A program made the translations under genes and the position numbers. A stretch of DNA of 64,000 nt from Patescibacteria group bacterium (lineage in GTDB: Bacteria; Patescibacteriota; UBA1384; XYA2-FULL-43-10; 1-14-0-10-43-13). The DNA lies in the NCBI GenBank assembly GCA_038078835.1, contig JBBTQI010000005.1, positions 43,901 through 107,900 of the forward strand, given 5' to 3'. The notes beneath the pieces were generated by a model. That model saw only the letters and a program-made list of their open reading frames with translations, was not told where the DNA came from and made no database searches. Positions 61,884 to 64,000 of the stretch are shown piece after piece. The first letter of the stretch is position 1. Each line of letters begins with the position of its first letter.

Positions 61884-62258
61884 TCACCGCTTTCCCGCCA
61901 ACCACTCCGCCTCGTCTGAAATGTAAGATGGATAAAAATCAAGCTGTTCTGCTGAGATATTCATCTTGGCGGCGCCATACTCTGCCGCTTCTCTCCAAGC
62001 TGTTTGGTCGTTAGGATCCAAGCGAAAAACTCGATCTCGGAAAACCACGATCAGAGTTTTGCCCTCATCAAAGATGTGCCAATAGTACGGTTCATTACTA
62101 ACCATTGCCGGCTGAATCTTTTTTATCGCAGCTTCCGGTTCCGGTATCTTGATTATGTGCAGATGCCAATCATCATCAATCTTTGTGTTTAGAATATTAT
62201 AATTTTCCAGGACCGTTTTGTCTGCCAGCGACTCCTCAATAATAACAGCGTGATACAC
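61884..62258 (-). CDS. Hypothetical protein (124 aa, GTG start)
   Basis: AAGGAG 4 nt upstream of GTG. Confidence 0.45.
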   Translation of the reverse strand: MYHAVIIEESLADKTVLENYNILNTKIDDDWHLHIIKIPEPEAAIKKIQPAMVSNEPYYWHIFDEGKTLIVVFRDRVFRLDPNDQTAWREAAEYGAAKMNISAEQLDFYPSYISDEAEWLAGKR

Positions 62259-62287
62259 AACACTCCTTGCCTTGGTTGCCTATAAAT

Positions 62288-62476
62288 TTACTGGGCGAAA
62301 AATCCGAGCGCTTCGTAGACCAGAGTGGCTGGCCAGACGATGGCCTTGAGAACTCCGAGAATACCCACCCAAAACGATGTCGCCACGCTAATATAATAGA
62401 TAGCCGCCCCAATAAAACCCAAACCGTAAACAGCGTTGCTGCCTCCGCCGCAAGCACCGCACATCTTTTCCTTCAT
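62288..62476 (-). CDS. Small hydrophobic CxxC membrane protein (62 aa)
   Basis: GGAGG RBS; two TM-like segments. Confidence 0.5.
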   Translation of the reverse strand: MKEKMCGACGGGSNAVYGLGFIGAAIYYISVATSFWVGILGVLKAIVWPATLVYEALGFFAQ

Positions 62477-62544
62477 CTTTCCTCCAATCTGCTGCTCCCC
62501 TTACTTCTCGCTTCGCTCGAAGAATATTATCGAGCATGTTTAAC

Positions 62545-63276
62545 TTACCGCACCCTAAAAGCCTGAGAGTGGGAGCGCTGTTTGTCCTCGGCTTGAGAAG
62601 CCAGGACCCGATATTCCTTATTCTCCATATCCAGTGCGGCAGCGCGTTTGAGAGATTTAGCCGCCTTGGCAAACTGGCGCACCTCCATATAGGCCTTGCC
62701 GAGAGCGGCGTGCCAGTCGGCCCGGCCGCGATCCAGATTAACCGCCTTGTGAAAATTATCAATCGTCCCCGATTTATTCTCGTCTTTTAGGTCAAGTTGG
62801 CCTAGGCCAAAGTAGGCCTCACCGTTTTCCGGATTGCATTTGACGGCAGTTTTGTACGCCTCGCGAGCATCATCAAAAGCGCCGCGCAGTTGAGCAACCC
62901 GGCCGACAATGACATAGGCTTGAGAGCACTTTTTGTCGCGGACAATGGCTTGCAGGGCCAGACTCTCCGCCTCCCGCAGATCTTGTGCCTGCAGAGCCTT
63001 GTCGGATTCATACAGGAGCTGAGCGATCTCCGGGTCATTCTCAAGATAGCGCTGTCGGGCCAGATCGATCTCGCTTGGGGCAACAATCTTCTCCTGGCCG
63101 CGGATTATCTCCCGCTGGATCTCCTCGATATTATCTCGTTTCACCCGAAAAACCTTTTGCCACAAGCCAGCCACCCTCACTCCCGAATTTGGCCCGTCAA
63201 CTTTGGTCTGCGGAAAGTGCCGAAGCATCAAAAACAGTGCTAAGGCCAAACAAATTACGATTAGTATTTCGATCAA
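62545..63276 (-). CDS. TPR-repeat protein with N-terminal TM anchor
   Basis: Multiple TPR-like 34-aa repeats (..AYFGLGQL.., ..ALGKAYMEV..). Confidence 0.7.
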   Translation of the reverse strand: MIEILIVICLALALFLMLRHFPQTKVDGPNSGVRVAGLWQKVFRVKRDNIEEIQREIIRGQEKIVAPSEIDLARQRYLENDPEIAQLLYESDKALQAQDLREAESLALQAIVRDKKCSQAYVIVGRVAQLRGAFDDAREAYKTAVKCNPENGEAYFGLGQLDLKDENKSGTIDNFHKAVNLDRGRADWHAALGKAYMEVRQFAKAAKSLKRAAALDMENKEYRVLASQAEDKQRSHSQAFRVR

Positions 63277-63293
63277 CTAACCTCCAACCCCCG

Positions 63294-63998
63294 CTAATGC
63301 CGAATTGACAAGAGAAGGTTTTCTAAAACTAAGCGCATATTCGCATTGCCGCCGATCACTCGGCGTGCCCGTTCGACCTCTCTGATCGCCCAAACCAGAT
63401 GCACCTGCGGTGTCCGGCACAGCCGGGTCCGCAGAAAAGCCTCCAGTTGATCCAAAAACCGGTCAACCTGATTATCCTTGGCAATCTTTTCGACTTCGCG
63501 AAAAGCTTCCGAATTGTTAAGGTTAAGAATCATCTCTATCCTTCGCTCATCTTCTCCGGTGCAATCTTCCTCGCCGGTCACGCGAATCAGCCGGCAACGC
63601 GATCTGATTGTCACTAAGACCGCTTCCGTCCGCGCCACCAATATGAACATCGCGCCCCGCGGCGGCTCCTCCAGCGTCTTTAAAAGAATATTGCCCGAGG
63701 ACTGGTTTAGACGCTGACTTTCATAAATTACCGCCAAGCGCCCGCCTCCGGCCGAACTCAAATGGAGCCAGTGGAGCAAATTGCGAATCTCCTCAACCTT
63801 AATCTCGCCGGCCCGCCCCGACTCGCCGGCCGGCCGAAGCTCTTTGACATCAAAGCGGTCAAAGCCCCGAGCGCGGATGACGTAATCAAGCAAGCCTCGA
63901 ATTCTCCTCTCAGCCGAGCCGACAATAAGGTATGCATGAGACCAGGAATTTCGCGCCTGTTCAAGCTCTAAAAAATCTTGCGCTTTCATCATCACCAA
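63294..63998 (-). CDS. holB: DNA polymerase III delta-prime subunit
   Basis: AAA+-like clamp-loader with LKTLEEPP motif. Confidence 0.75.
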   Translation of the reverse strand: MVMMKAQDFLELEQARNSWSHAYLIVGSAERRIRGLLDYVIRARGFDRFDVKELRPAGESGRAGEIKVEEIRNLLHWLHLSSAGGGRLAVIYESQRLNQSSGNILLKTLEEPPRGAMFILVARTEAVLVTIRSRCRLIRVTGEEDCTGEDERRIEMILNLNNSEAFREVEKIAKDNQVDRFLDQLEAFLRTRLCRTPQVHLVWAIREVERARRVIGGNANMRLVLENLLLSIRH

Positions 63999-64000
63999 TC

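Overview
The window reads as a roughly 50% GC, gene-dense stretch of a small-genome bacterium, probably Patescibacteria/CPR-like such as Saccharibacteria (low-confidence inference). Support for that: prepilin-type pseudopilins, a complete type IV pilus gene set, DprA, giant DUF11 and S8-protease surface proteins, an LPXTG-like sorting signal, a short Mfd, and Lys/Glu-rich extensions on ribosomal proteins L1 and L7/L12.

Almost all genes lie on the minus strand. Housekeeping content:
- Translation and ribosome: tgt, rplL, rplJ, rplA, pth, prfB (RF2), cysS, rplK, nusG, secE, rplU, ileS, trpS and rpmG.
- Replication, repair and other core functions: ybaB, recR, topA, dprA, mfd, ftsW/rodA-like, rnhA and holB.
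- tRNAs: Thr(GGU), Tyr(GUA), Thr(UGU), Trp(CCA) and Ala(CGC).

Accessory content:
- A low-GC island sits 3' of tRNA-Ala. It carries an MvaI/BcnI-like restriction endonuclease, a beta-class N4/N6 methyltransferase and a REP-associated (RAYT-like) Y1 transposase bracketed by perfect 18-bp inverted repeats. A degenerate partial copy of the tRNA 3' half lies next to the tRNA.
- Two roughly 65% GC islands (about 2434-5720 and 19958-22110) encode only secreted or membrane proteins of unknown function. The first ends in a strong terminator hairpin.
- A two-gene operon at the window start contains a >650-aa ORF that is absent from the ORF track only because it runs off the window edge.
- A large surface/pilus locus: giant S8 subtilase, large secreted proteins, pilN/O-like genes, pilB, pilT, pilC, pilA, pilD and three pseudopilins.

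Several families of short repeated elements are not explained by the gene annotation:
- Two homologous 90-95 nt structured palindromes share an identical GGCGGAGGGGGAACC core and sit about 700 bp apart in direct orientation, bracketing a strong sigma70 promoter and a 91-aa coiled-coil gene. These are the top candidate for something undescribed.
- A 38-nt palindrome is present once intergenically and once in-frame inside cysS.
- A GGATCCCCGA...TCGGGGATGACA hairpin family has 4-5 copies.
- A TAGC-rich 90-nt promoter/leader module is nearly identical upstream of rplL and rpmG, with two looser relatives.
- A homologous roughly 100-nt leader is shared by nusG-rplK and pilT-pilC.
- An AAGTGTGAAAG...CTTTCACACT hairpin occurs twice.

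Coordinates of hand-mapped short features may be off by 1-3 nt.
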